A stretch of DNA of 64,000 nucleotides from Bigelowiella natans CCMP2755 (GCA_000320545.1 ADNK01001199.1:1-64000); one strand, 5' to 3'. Shown: positions 28,693 to 42,012, numbered from the stretch's first letter. Numbers and translations are program-made. Notes: generated from the sequence alone by a model not told the origin.

Positions 28693-31600
28693 ATGAAAGG
28701 TACCCTGATCTCCCATAATTCAATTTTTCTAACGTAGCATTTACAATCAGCGAATAAATTCCGCTCCCTATTGGATGGGGATGGTGACAATCCTGAAGGG
28801 CATTCTACTAGCAGTGTTGAGCATCGTCGTATTTTCAACACACTCAATACAACTAGAGATTCATCGCCATCGACGATTGCGAGACCGCAGATGCCATCCC
28901 TCAATCGAAACCCATCAATCGTTCATGCAGAGCGTCGAAACTATATGAAAAGGCATGCTTCCCACTCACGGATTGAGAAGCAAACGGTGAAAGAAGTAAT
29001 TGCTTATTGCATTCAGAAATGGCACAAGTTGGTACACTCTAACAACGATGAGCATGTAGTCACCGCTCAGGTGTGCGATCTAATCATGACGTACGCTTCT
29101 TGCACGGGAACCCATTCCCATGTTCTCCAGCCATTGGTTCAAGTCCTCATGCATTCGATTTACAAAGATCTTTCAGACTACAAGCCGGGACGATTAGGTG
29201 AACAAAATGTAAGAGACCTGGGGAGGAGAGACACGTATGTAGGAGGCAGCCGCGCACTAGAACAGGAAATTGAAGATACAGAGGGCAAAGTCAAAACTTT
29301 GAAAGCTATGACAAAAAAAATTGGCACGGCACGTGTTATTAGGCAGAAGGTTTTCCAGAACGCAATACACGAGTGGCGAAAGAACTTAATGTGGACAGCC
29401 ATGAACACTTGGAGAAAAAACGTATCAAATATCAGGAGGCAGCGTATACTCTTAACTACATCAATGAATCAATGGAACCACCGATTTTCAGATCCAAGTT
29501 TTACGAAAAAGGTTTGGGTTCTAGATTGGTTTCGATATTGTGTGCGAAAAAGGAAGCTGGCGGAGGCAAAGAAGCGTCTCAATTTTCGAAACTCTTTTAA
29601 CGATACGCAGAAAAAGGACTTAGAAAATTTTCTAAAAAAATTGAATGATCTCAAATTAGCATTAAAAGAGATGGAGAAAAACTATGAGTCCATTAAAACC
29701 GACCATTATCGTCTTGATAATAAGTTCGCCACACTCGAAACGGAGAGATTATCACTACTTGGAAAACGAAATGAATACGCTATTCAAGCATACGTTGAAA
29801 TGGCTGAGATAACTTTGAGGCACTTACAACAAGACCTCAAAGATGTGCAAGCATCATCAACCCCAGATTTAAGGCGTATGTGGTACGATGACCCTTCTAA
29901 GGTGTTTTCATTCAGCAAGAAGGAAGCTTTGCAGGAGCTGATGAATTGTTCGGAGCAGGATCTTATTCTCATATGGCTCAATTTTCAGTACAGGTCCCTC
30001 AGGGATGACTCTGGAAAGCTCAAATCAAAAAATGTTTCAACGATTTGCAACTTTACAGACGATTTGAGGGGGGGGATAAAAATCCTAGAAATTTTGGTCA
30101 ATGTACTACCTGAAACAGTTTCTTCAAAATTGAAGGATGTTCTTGATATCCATGAGCCCCATGATCGGGTGAAACAAATGCTAAACTGTCTGAAAAATTG
30201 GAAGCCTGGGTTCGAAAAACTCGTCTCTGCTGATCATTTACTTTATGGAGAACATCCAGATCGTATCGCCACATTCTTAGCTCGTGTATTCTGCATGCAT
30301 CCAAACATACCGATTCCTAATAACTGGAATTCCCACCTAGAAGAAATCGAAGAAATGCTTGAGGATTTGGATTGTGTTAGTGACATGGTGAAAAGAAAGT
30401 CAAGCGAAAGCCCCTTTTTCAAAAAGGAGTTTTATACAGAAGACGTGAAAGACAGGAATAAAAAAGATGAATTGTCCGTATCACCATCGTGCAGACCCCC
30501 TAAGTTTCAGCTTATGCCAAAATCTAGTTCATCTCAATCACCAGAAATTAACTCAAACATTTTCAGACATGACGAGGAATTTACGAAAATTTTAAGAAGA
30601 TTCGAGGAACTTCTAGGTTCTGAAAATGAGATTCTGGATCAAGAAATAAAACACATCGAGAAAATTTGGAAAAATAACGCCAAGAACCAATATTCTCGTT
30701 CTTTTAAGGACCATGTTGATAATGTTAACGATGTGGAACTTAAGAACTGTAACACTTATATGAAAGATCTGCTTTCAATGCCAGCTAAAGTCAGGAGTAG
30801 CCCAAGGCTGAAGCAAAATATGAAGAAGAAAAGAAGATTCGTGCTTTCCGGTCTCATCCATGCTCTTGGCTCCAGCGAATTAGGTGATGAGGTGAAGCAG
30901 GATAAAATAACGCGGCCATCTCGCGCTGCCATTTTACCAGGCTCGTCGAGCTATGACTACAGCAAGTGGCTTTCAAAGGAATTGCCTCGAAAACTAGAAG
31001 GACTTTGGACGCATACACAGACGATTCTGGAAGATTTTCACCTCGTGAGCCGCACCTGGAGATGTATAAGTGCCCGTATGGAATGCTACATAATTAGATC
31101 CCTAACAAACTCTCTGAGGGGTTCTCCAGAACCATGTGTAGACCACCACATAATGAAAGAGACACAATTACTAAGCTTGAACAACTTGGATTTTCAAGAT
31201 ATATTTGCTCTCGAGACGGGGTGGGACGCGAAAGAACAGATAAAAGGTGTAGAAACCGTCCTTGCTAAAGAGCAGCTACATATTAAACAAATATATCAAA
31301 ACTATGCGCAAGATGACGAACAGGACACCTACCAAACCATGATGAACGAGTTAGAATATTCAAGCTTTCTTAAGGACTCAAAGATAACCGGTAAATTGAT
31401 TAACCCCAAACTTTCCATGCAGCTCTTTAGACGCGTTTGTGATCGCAGAGTTGCTGCTATAAAGATACAACGGTGGTTTAGATTCAATATTATAAGTTTC
31501 GTGGAAGTTTGTGTAACGTCCAGTATACCCCTGCGAAACGGAAAGCCTGTATTGAAAACTGAACGAATGCTTTCAAGGCAGGACTTTATTATCATACTTA

Positions 31601-32292
31601 TCAAGATTGCATACTATAGACAAAAGTCTGCAACACTGGCTGAAAGGTTGAAGGAATTAATCGAGATTCTAAAACGGAACACGAGGCAATTACATGCATC
31701 TGGTTTCCGCAAGCAAGTTCGATCTGCAAATTTTTACGTGGTATTTGAGAAATATCGCTGGCATCTTCGTCATATTTTCATTTATTTCGCAGCACAGATA
31801 GCAAATCCAAAAAACTACGATAGTTTGGATGAAACAATGAACAAAACAGAGTGGTCCGATATGCTTCGATGTGTGCGCCTTTTGGAACCGGACGGACCTA
31901 TTACAATACAAAATATGGACAAAATATTTAGTAATTCACGCACAGAGGAATACGATGCTAGTAGTCAAGTTGTTGAAGAAAGTGAGCCGCTGCTTACTTA
32001 CCCAGACTTTCTTGAAGCACTTGTGATTCTTGCGTGCTTCCGACACTCGGATCCCTATGAACCACTAAAATTGCGTTTTGAGAGATTTCTGAAGGAAGAT
32101 TTTCTCCCCAGTTGCCTCCGTTGGATGAACTCGCCAGCTGGGAAACAGATGGCTAAGAAGGCAGAATCCAAATCGAGAGAGAAAGAGATACTGCAATTAA
32201 ATAAAAGATTATCAACTATGAAGATAGATGGAAGTGTAAAGAGAAAGGGGAAGGGGGGCAAAGGTTCACGGAAATCCAAGCAAAAAAAATGA
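28693..32292 (+). CDS. Calponin-homology domain, coiled-coil, IQ motif and degenerate EF-hand-like protein (~1180 aa)
   Basis: 7-nt first exon ATGAAAG, GT-AG intron 28700-28750, then in frame with the long ORF. CH-like EQDLILIWLN...NFTDDLRGG; IQ motif AAIKIQRWFR; C-terminal helices such as LSRQDFIIILIKIA and LTYPDFLEALVILA. Confidence 0.72.
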
Positions 32293-33686
32293 TAGTTACA
32301 GCACGGTCTATGAGCGAAGTAAAACTAATATATTTGATATTCGTTCCCTGGGGAGTAGCGACACAGTGTATCCGTGATTGCTATGAACTGCATGATCTTT
32401 GGAATATTATGTTCGAAGTCAACGATGTAAATTGTGGGACAATTCAATGAGCAGTCGCTCGAGTGATAACTTTCAATCTCGTTCAAACACTCGACGTGCA
32501 GAGCGATGCGATGCGCGGATTGTGTGACTCTTGTTGATATCTAGACATGGCGATGGTGAACACAGCTGCAATCCACGCACGCTGTGCTGCACGCACAGCT
32601 AGACAGTAGACCATGCCGCAGAAGGATGGCGTCGTGCGTGTGAAGTCGATCGTGTGCGCAGAGATGAGTGTGCCGTGTTTGTTCCACACGGGTGCCAAGA
32701 TGAAAACATAGAAACATCGCGAATCTAAACTCATTGCCAAGCAGCTAGCTGGCATGCACTAGCTAGCTAGTCCTAGATGGAGTCTAGCAGTGCTAGAGTG
32801 GTGCAGCGTGCGCCTCTGCGCGCAGTGCGTGTGCACGAATTAGTTCCATGGAGCTGTGGTCCGTCTAGACCACACTAGACCTTCAATCCAGCAATCTAGC
32901 AATGTCAGAATGCGTGCTGACACGTCGCATGCGCAGCTATGCAGCCTCTAGATCTAGGCATGTGTGTGTGCACTGCTGTGCAAGAATGTGTGGGCCGCTG
33001 CGCTGGGGCACACATGCGCATGATGCTTTCAGTTTCAGCAGTTAGATGTGACACACGCACGTTTGCATGTGCAATGCGTGAATTGTTTGCGCACTTGTTT
33101 GTAGATGTTGCATGATGGACACAGCAATGATTTGCTAGCTAGCTGCTAGCGCAGCTGTTTTCAGCTGGCTCAGGTGTTTCTCTGTTCCCCCTGCATGCTG
33201 AGGCTACACCGCTGTGCAGAATGGCACACGTGACAAGAATGAAGCATCTTTGTCTTCATGTCTTGCACATGAGACTGTGATTGATTTCAATGTGCCACAT
33301 GCGCACAACGCAGCTGTGTGCAATGTTCAACAATGACATGCTGAAACACATTTCCAAAGTGTGACAAGACATTTGCAGTGAGCGAAACGCATTGACTCGA
33401 ACTAACTTTAGTGAGGAATAACTAGTAAAACAAGAAGGAATCAAGAATGGCATTCTGGCCATTCCTCCATTCCTAGTTTCATTGTCGAGGCAACATCGGG
33501 ATGCGAACAGGCCCCAACCCTGACCCTGACCCTGCAGGATGAATCGGAGATTCCCGAGAGATCCACTCGGATTTTTGACCTTGATGATGAGACAATACAA
33601 TTCTTCACAAATCATCTGCCACCCTTTCCCTTCGTCCTCTAGTTTAACTGTTTAACAATGGAGTTCTTCATGAGTTAGATAGGGAA

Positions 33687-36600
33687 ATGACGCTCAGACA
33701 GCAGGAGCTTGATGCTCTCCTCACCATTATCTCTCAAGAGAAAGTGAGTTTCGATGGAATCTCTCGCCAGTTTCAATCTACATTCGGGGCACGCCATCTT
33801 CGATTCCGGGTTGTCCTTCTTCCTACATCTTTGAAGTTTCACATTACTCAAAGCCTCATTCGTTCAGGCTTGTTGCCACCTAATCCTGGCCTTAGAAGAT
33901 GAAGTTTCTTTTATGTTAAATGCTTCGGATCGTGCCGCAGCCATTTTCGCAATCTTCGATAGTGTGCAAGGAGAAGTTGATGTGCACCCATTTCTTGAAG
34001 GTAGTTAATAAAAATTTAACTTGGTGGCTCTAAAATGGACCATTGTGTTTTAAGCACTGGTTGAGATGGCGGAGCGGTCGAAACTTCTGCGAGGATCATC
34101 GGATCCAAGTGAGAAACCAACGTCGCAAGAACAGAAACAAGTAAAAGTTCGATTTGTCGTCTTGTGCTTCTGTTTAACGTGCTTTTGCTTTAGGGGGTAG
34201 AGGAGATAGACCAATTGGATTCTTCGGACCATGACTTTCTCATCTCTCTCCTCTCGTCTGGGAAAGCTATGAGCAACAAATTAAGGGATGTTGTTCCTAG
34301 CGATTTGAAGGTCAGTCGAACAATCGTTGTAGGTTGACCTTTTCACATAATGATTTATGAGTGCAGCTAGAATTGAATACCAAACTTATCTGTAATAGGT
34401 GTGACTGTGCTTTGTAGAGAGAAATATAAAAGACGGAGAGATAAGAAAGTACTGAAGTTGAATATGATACCCCAGAATCAGAACGACAGTGAACATCGTC
34501 GTAACAAGCAGCCTCTTCACGAAATCCATCCTCGAATAACCGAGCTTAGACAGGTTCGAGAGATTACACTAAAGTTATGGCTGTAGCTTAATTAATCATC
34601 TGCGTTAAATTACTGTTCGGTAAAAAGAAAAATCGGGCTGTAATGGATATGATCCCTCAATCTCTAACTGGATTACGTGGGTTGCGAACGCGAGCATCGA
34701 TACTAGACATCTCAAGAAGGAAGTTTAAACAGAAAGTGAAAGAAAGTGCTTTCAAGAGGTGTCTCTATTTTATTTGCTTTATTAATTTCGAATAATTTCG
34801 TTCTCATTCATCAACATTAAGTATAAATTTTTGCAGGTCTCTATCCAAGTTTCTTGAGGTCGCTGAATTTCAACCCGAATTTGTCCGCCCGATGCCTGAG
34901 ATGAGCGGGGAATCTCAGCAGCCTCTGTGGGTGGAGGTAAAATATCATTGTCATTTTTCCTTTGGGTTTGGAGAATACGGCAGCCCTGTTGTACTGCAGT
35001 AAAAAAGTCGTATCACCTGTTCCAACCAATGATAAATACTATTGCCATAAAATCTATTCCACTCGAATTTTCAGACAAGTATCGAAGCTGAACCTTTCCT
35101 CTGGGACACGACAGAAATTAAACACAGTTTGCCAAATGATGTGATGGTCTCTTTGAAATCCGGCCTCGATACGGCTCCCAGCAACCATTCTACTCACTCC
35201 GCATCGTCCAATCATCCAAATCTTTCTCCCTCTTCGAAGTCTGCTAAGGGTAGTGCTCTTAGGGGTGGAGGAGGAGAGAGCATCAAATTAAATAAGAAAG
35301 CACCAGCCATGAAGAGCAGCAAATCGGAATTTAAGAAAGCCAATAGCGATATCCAGGGAGTTGTTGATAAGGAGAGCAAAAGTAGAGCGAAGGCGGAATC
35401 TGAGTTGGTTGAGGACACTTATAGAGAAACGGATATCAGAGTGCTAAAGGTGCTAAATACGAACGAAGCCTTTCCCATAAAATATATGGTCGAACTAGAT
35501 CCCAGTTTGTCTGCTTATTCGTTTCCATGGAATGCAGAATTTTTTCATTATATAACGACACTGTGATAGAGATATTCTGGCGACAGGAAAGCATAAGCTT
35601 ACACAGGAGCCGCAGATTCTTTTGTGTTTTTTAATCATATTTCACCAGTAGCCATCTCCAGTCCATGTGTTTCTCGTAGGTCTCCATGTGTTTGTAACTG
35701 TGGATTTACATATGCAATTCATTTTCTGACTATCAGATGCGTGAGGTTTTAAATCGATCATCGCGTGTAGCTTTAAGTCACTCCGACTCAGTCAACTTTG
35801 TGAATCTGATGAGGGATAATCCCAAGATCGTCACAAGATTAGGTGCTACTATTGATATCATTATTTCTATTGACATCATCGTTTCTTTATATTCCTGATG
35901 AGATTGTTTGTTACATTCGTAACTAGATAATAGTAGTAATCCATCCGATGTGTTTTCTCTCAGGAATGACGCCAAAGAAGCTCCCACCTATCATAGAAAA
36001 GAATCCAGATTTAGCTTTTGAAATCGTACTTGAATTTGCTTGTCGTTTCTTGTCATTATATAACCCATTCTGGGGTTTTACTCTATTGATATTCTTAGAT
36101 ACTGAAATTAATGGGAACCAAGAAGATTCCTGAATACTTTCAAATGATCGTCAAGGTAGTAGTAGTAGTAGTAGTAGTAGTAGTATAAGAAGAAGTAACA
36201 GTGATATGTCACAAGATTAATAATTGAACACCTCTACGAACACACTGGAGATTTTGGTAATTTCCCAGAGACATCACACCACACCAGATGACGCACATAA
36301 TTTACATAAATATTATTCAGATGGAGCTGAGTTTGCACTCAATGGATGTAGTAAATAGGTGGTTGCACTACCAACAAAATGTAGCATATCTTGGTGAAAC
36401 AGATCAAAATGTGACGCAAATAATTCAACATATTCAGATTGACGACGGCTGTGAAGCTGCCAGTAGGTGAGAAGTTCTTAAGCGATCGTGTTCATTTCTT
36501 GAAGAAAATGTTGTATTATATCCAGAATTTATCCATTTGTACATCGTTAATTGCATTGCTTCCTGCGAGAATATAAAGGATCGGTATGTCACACAGAATC

Positions 36601-36968
36601 AAGCGCAAGTTCGATCACAACTTACTCATAGATGCTGTACACATTTCAGATATCTTCAAACCCGGCTTGTGCGATTGGTGTGCGTGTTCTTGCAGTCCCT
36701 CATACGGAATAAAATTATCAATGTGAAGGTGTTTTCTTGATCATTGTAATCAGTGTGATGTTCTGTCAGATCTTAAGTATCTATAGTATTTAACTAATAC
36801 TGCTCTTAAATTGAAGGACATATTGGTAGAAGTCCAAGCTTTCTGTATTGAGTTCAATCAGGTTACAGCACAGAATAAGTGTGTAAAATCAATGCTAAAT
36901 TATTTATCTACCAGATCCGTGAAGCCGCTGGATTATTCCGACTGTTAAAGCAATTTGATTTTGTTTAA
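33687..36968 (+). CDS. CNOT11: CCR4-NOT complex subunit 11 (C2orf29/DUF2363); many short exons
   Basis: [93 protein letters not shown]. Confidence 0.93.
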
Positions 36969-38085
36969 ATTAGAGAGTGCTCCGTTTTTCATGCTGCCTC
37001 ACAGCAGACAAGATAATTGACAATTTAATACGGAGAATGACATATCTTTAAATGAAACAGGACGTGTCTCATTTCATCGCTATGATGCGAGTAACTATTA
37101 ACAGCATGCAACGCGCAGGAACACAAAATCCACGTATAGCAATATAGCAAACACATGCGCTATTTACGCTAGTTTGTTATGCGCTAATAGCATCTTGAGC
37201 TCATTAGCTTGCCACATGCTAGTATGTTTAGATGTGTGCACGTACATAGCTAGATAGCTAGATAGCACATTAGTACATATACATGTTACTCTCACACATG
37301 TCACTAGACGCATGCTAGCATGCGTAATGAATTTGTAAATTACATTCTATCGATCATCATGCAATAGTCATCCTGCATGGTGCTGTGCATGCTTGCAAGC
37401 ATGCAAAGCTGCAGTCATCACTGTAGTCATGACTGCATCATGGCTTGAGCCATGTGCGTGTGTGATCGATGTGGACGACGATGTGAATCACATTTTTTTT
37501 CATTGTCATCCTACTAGCTAGCTAGCCTAGTCTAGCTTCATTTGCAAAGCTGCGCGGCTACGACGTACAGCACTTGTAGCATTTCTAGATTTGTTTGTTT
37601 GCGCTACACATGCTAACATTCCTAGATTCAAAGATGCGTGTGTGTGTGTGTGTGTATGCGCGCGCGTGAGTGTACGTACTAGCGTACAGAAAGAGAGAGA
37701 GAGAGAGAGAGAGTGAGAGACAGAGAGACCTTTCTAGCTTTGACTTTGGATATTTAGATATGTGCGATGCATGAAAAAATAAATGAAGGCATGCTTATTC
37801 ACGCGATGTACGCTAATTCAGCTAGTAAAGGTTAGCTACCTGGCTACGTGTAATGATGAAGCAATGACCAAAGAGGAAAGCATGAAGCAGATCGCTTATC
37901 ATACATGCGTATCAGCGGATCGCACATAATATTTCTTTACTACAACGTTCACAATCGTCTGGCCTATACCAACTTCGGTTCAGCAAGAAAGCGACGATAT
38001 CATTTCGTTGTTTTGGCACAAAATACCATACCACAGCCGTATAGCTAGCGTTTACTACAAGGAGGAGCGCTTTAACAGACTATTT

Positions 38086-41000
38086 TTATGCTGTAAAAGT
38101 TAAATCGACTCTCTCTGTTTCAAACGAGCGATCAAGAAGATGCAGCCATTTTGCCATTTCCTCGTTTGGATTCTCGGCCATTTCTTTGGTTATCAAGAAA
38201 TAATCCTGTCCTGTTTCAAGATATATCCTTTTCAAAACATCTGGCAGCCCTTTAAAAATGTGGCGACAGTATGAGCGCATCTGCCAGTCCTTTTCTACGC
38301 AGAGATCTGCAAGATACTTGGTAGATTCAAAGTCAAATTCGATTTGTACGGGGTCATGGTCCCTTCCAAAGGCTGAGGCAAAGCTTTCGAGATCATTTAC
38401 TCTAACTTCTGTCTGATTCACAGAAGCAATGATATCCTCAAGCATTTCTCTTGGATTGCAAACTGTAGCATTATCTATTGTAAATGACGTTATGGGCAGA
38501 CTGGGCAGTTCGAACTTGAATTCCCTTAAAGTGTTTTCAAGTACTGTCACAATCCCTCTTGCTCCAGTATTCTCTTTCTCAGAACGAGCAGCGATCTCCT
38601 CAAGTGCCTTTGTGGTGGTGTTCATTGTGATACCATATCCTTTGAAATCTTCCTCAAGCTGTCTAAGCACAGAACCCTCAGAATTGGTCATAATATACAA
38701 CAGATCTTCTGCTGTTAAAGCCTCAAGAGCACAACGAACAGGAACTCGTCCGATAAACTCTGGTTCTATCCCGGCCTCGATGAAATCTCGGGTCGTTGCC
38801 TAAGTATATCGTATCAACGGTATTCATTAATAATGAAGGTGATGAGAGTGAGTCAGCAGAAATCAATAGTTAGAACCTTATCAAGGAATGATTTTTTTTT
38901 GCCTCCGGTTCTCTCCTCGGCCATGGGCGTGTTTTCGAACATCGGAAACATCGCATTGCTTGATTCTCCTGATAAAAATAGTACTCAGGTTAGTATAAAA
39001 TGTTCTTCTATATCCTAGTCGCTGAAAATAGATAATCAACCGTGCTGCTCCTTCAGCTTTTCGTTCAGATTATTAAAAGCTCCAGAGAATATGAACAAAA
39101 TGTTCTTAGTCCGAACCTGTGGAAATAGACGACGACCAACAAATGAATTCACGGTCATTTTGCATTGGAAAGACGTAAGGATCCTTGTTAAAAAATCCGA
39201 GTACCGCCTTGTCATCTCGTCCTCCTTGTTCTAGCAGGGACTTCAGAGACTGTGGAGCCATTGGATTTTGTAATGACACCTCCGTGTCCTCCATCAATTT
39301 TAGGAGGTTGTTTTGCACACCACGCGTATTGAAACCTGAGCCTGATGTTGTTCGTACGTCGGAGGTTCCAGGATTTGCTATTTTATCCACCTACCAACGA
39401 ATACCGTGATAACGATTCATCCCCAATCGTTTTATGAAAAAGACATAAGTGCGCTGATGCAGTTATATAGAAGATAGATAAAACAATCATATTCTTCTAG
39501 CGGATTGGAAACGAACAAGTCCGGTTTGTATACGGTATATCATACTCATTGATTATGGTATATTCTATTATGCTGGTGGGAAAATTTATTCACCTCGTCG
39601 ATATAAATTATTCCAATTTCTGCTAACTCTTTGTCTCCATTTGCCTTCTCAACGAGATCGCGCACTAGGTCCTCGGCTGTTTTAGAACATTCAAATGCAC
39701 CAGCATGGAGAATAATGAGTGGCTTTGCTGTGCTTCTCTCATAATCGTTTGTTACCGTCCCTGCCGACAATTCCGGTCTCACTGAATTTGGTGGCATCGG
39801 CCTAAAGAATAATGTTATGTGAGATAAAAATACTCTACTCCTTGCGTCTTCTGCTGTTTCTTTCAATATATATATATATATATATATATATATGGACGAT
39901 GCTGCTAACATAAACTTGCGTGTGGTCGTGGTGGTGTGCATGTTACCTTTACAAACGGCACACCGATGAATTCCGCAATGTTTCGCATTAAGTACGTCTT
40001 TCCAACACCAGTTGGGCCTGGTTTGTTATGGAAGAAGTGTAGCTTAGACTATAATCTCAACTATCGAAGATCGGTATCAAAACTGGCCACATATTGGAAA
40101 TATCAGACCGAGTAGTAAGACATTCGGTTTGCAGTAGTCTCTTCTAGCGTTGGCAGGATCCTCAAGCATTCTTCGAACGTGGTTGTAATGATCGCAAATT
40201 GCTATGGATAGTACCTGGTAGTAATCATTGATTAGTTGATGATGTCAGATGAATTCAGTTAGAATACATAGACCAACCTTTTTTGCATCGCTTTGCTTTA
40301 TGACAAATCGGTCAAGATAGTCACGAATTTCTTTCGGACGATAGTCAAATGTCTGGAAAAGCGATTGTTAAAATAATCCAATGACAAGCATGAGGCTTCA
40401 GTGACCTTAATACGCTCCATTGTCTCTGATGTCTTTCCCTACAACAACGATTGGTAAAAGAACAGAATCAAGACTGCAATCTAACGCAACGGAAAGACGT
40501 ATAAAGGATATGTGAATATCATACTCATTGTTTAAAAATTACTACCTCTTTCTCTTTTTCAACTGCTTCCTCCTTTTTCTGTCTCTATATCAAGCAAGAA
40601 TGATGATGAATTAATAAGTATTTCAATATTACATAAGAAAATGAACAAATCACCTTGCGCTTCAAATCTTGAAGATGGGCGAATTTATCTGCATCCATAA
40701 ATGTAATTTGAGTGTCTCCAGGTAGCTTGCCATCTGCAGCTTTTTTCATGAGTTGCTTAAGAAGATCAGGTAAATTTTCGTCAGGGGGGTCAGTTAGTCC
40801 CTCATCATCATCACTGATGCTGTCATTATCGTCCACAGCGAAACGATGGACGTCACGAGTATGATGCTTCCTAATTTTAAGGCCTGGGTGGAGGTTAATC
40901 GAGCGTCTCGACAATTTGGATTGGTCTAGGGCGGGCATCATCTTGTTATGTGTCGAGCCACAGGTTGTTCGAATGCTTGAAGCCGTTATTCCATTTCTGA

Positions 41001-41241
41001 GTTTAATGTACTGGTCCCTCGGATGACTGCTTGTCCAGAAGAAGGTAGCAAATACTATGGTTAAGGTGAAACCCATAACTAGCCTTCGTGCAGATCTGCT
41101 GTGTCGGAATCCAATCGCATGCCGTGTTTGCAGAACCGGGCCTGAAGAACTTATGTGGCGGTGATACGATTCCTTCTTGGAGCTCAGTCTTGTGAATAGT
41201 GGCGTCTTTTGCGGAGGCGGATGCCACGGCGAAGACGCCAT
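38086..41241 (-). CDS. clpX: ClpX-like AAA+ ATPase with putative plastid-targeting leader; multi-exon
   Basis: PKEIRDYLDRFVIKQ, Walker A NVLLLGPTGVGKT, ADATKFSETG, Walker B IIYIDEVDKI, RGVQNNLLKLME, NILFIFSGAF, PEFIGRVPV, TGARG. The N-terminus has a TM segment LVMGFTLTIVFATFFW followed by a basic transit-like region. Confidence 0.88.
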
Positions 41242-41328
41242 ATTTTTTATTTCACGTAATTTCGTTTAGCTCCTTTGTCTCCTTCGGCTTGTAGTAGGGG
41301 GGTGGGAGGGGTGCTCGATATACTACCC

Positions 41329-41387
41329 GAGATTTCTGAGATTCGTCGAGATTTCGTGAGATTGTCGAGATTGTTGTGTGGGAGATT
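41329..41387. promoter_or_regulatory. Tandem GAGATT motif cluster upstream of clpX
   Basis: GAGATT starts at 41329, 41338, 41348, 41358, 41367 and 41382. Related GAGAYY words occur in the other promoter regions. Confidence 0.5.
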
Positions 41388-41513
41388 CCATCCGCTGCAT
41401 GTGGTACTCGCATAGATAGACATCAATTAGAAGTTGAACCAGTTAGATTTTGTCCATTTTTTGGATTTCTTCGTTTCGAACAAGATGAAATACTCGATAA
41501 AATAGTAATGAGC

Positions 41514-41709
41514 TCTGACATCATCAACTAATCAATGATTACTACCAGGTAGATCTACTATCCATAGCAATTTGCGATCATTACAACCACGTTCGAAGAA
41601 TGCTTGAGGATCCTGCCAACGCTAGAAGAGACTACTGCAAACCGAATGTCTTACTACTCGGTCTGATATTTCCTATATGTGGCCAGTTTTGATACCGATC
41701 TTCGATAGT
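41514..41709 (+). repeat. Inverted duplicate of clpX genomic segment 40060-40249 (one exon plus intron flanks)
   Basis: Matches the reverse complement of 40060-40249 except for one substitution and a 6-nt insertion (AGATCT). Confidence 0.95.
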
Positions 41710-42012
41710 CTCAACACTGGCAGGATTTCCAAATGGATTATGAATAATTTGAATGGATTTCCCGATGATTTCGTGTAGAAATTCTGTCTTAGGGGTGCAA
41801 TTCAGTGGATTTGACTGTTGAGATTTTCTGGAGATGAGTCTGTCTCTGGAGATCTACTTCGCAATAATATCATGGTAAGACACAACAGAGAAAAAGGGAG
41901 AAAGACTACCGCTGTTTTTAAGGTGTTTTGACGTAAATTGAACGCAAGAACAGAAGAAAGAGATGGATGACAAGAAGAGGGTAGTCTTAGACTCTACGAC
42001 GAGCCCCTAATA

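Noticed and set aside
41329-41387. CRISPR-like or telomeric repeat
   Set aside because: Units are 6 nt with 3-9 nt spacers, the context is eukaryotic and internal, and no cas genes are present.
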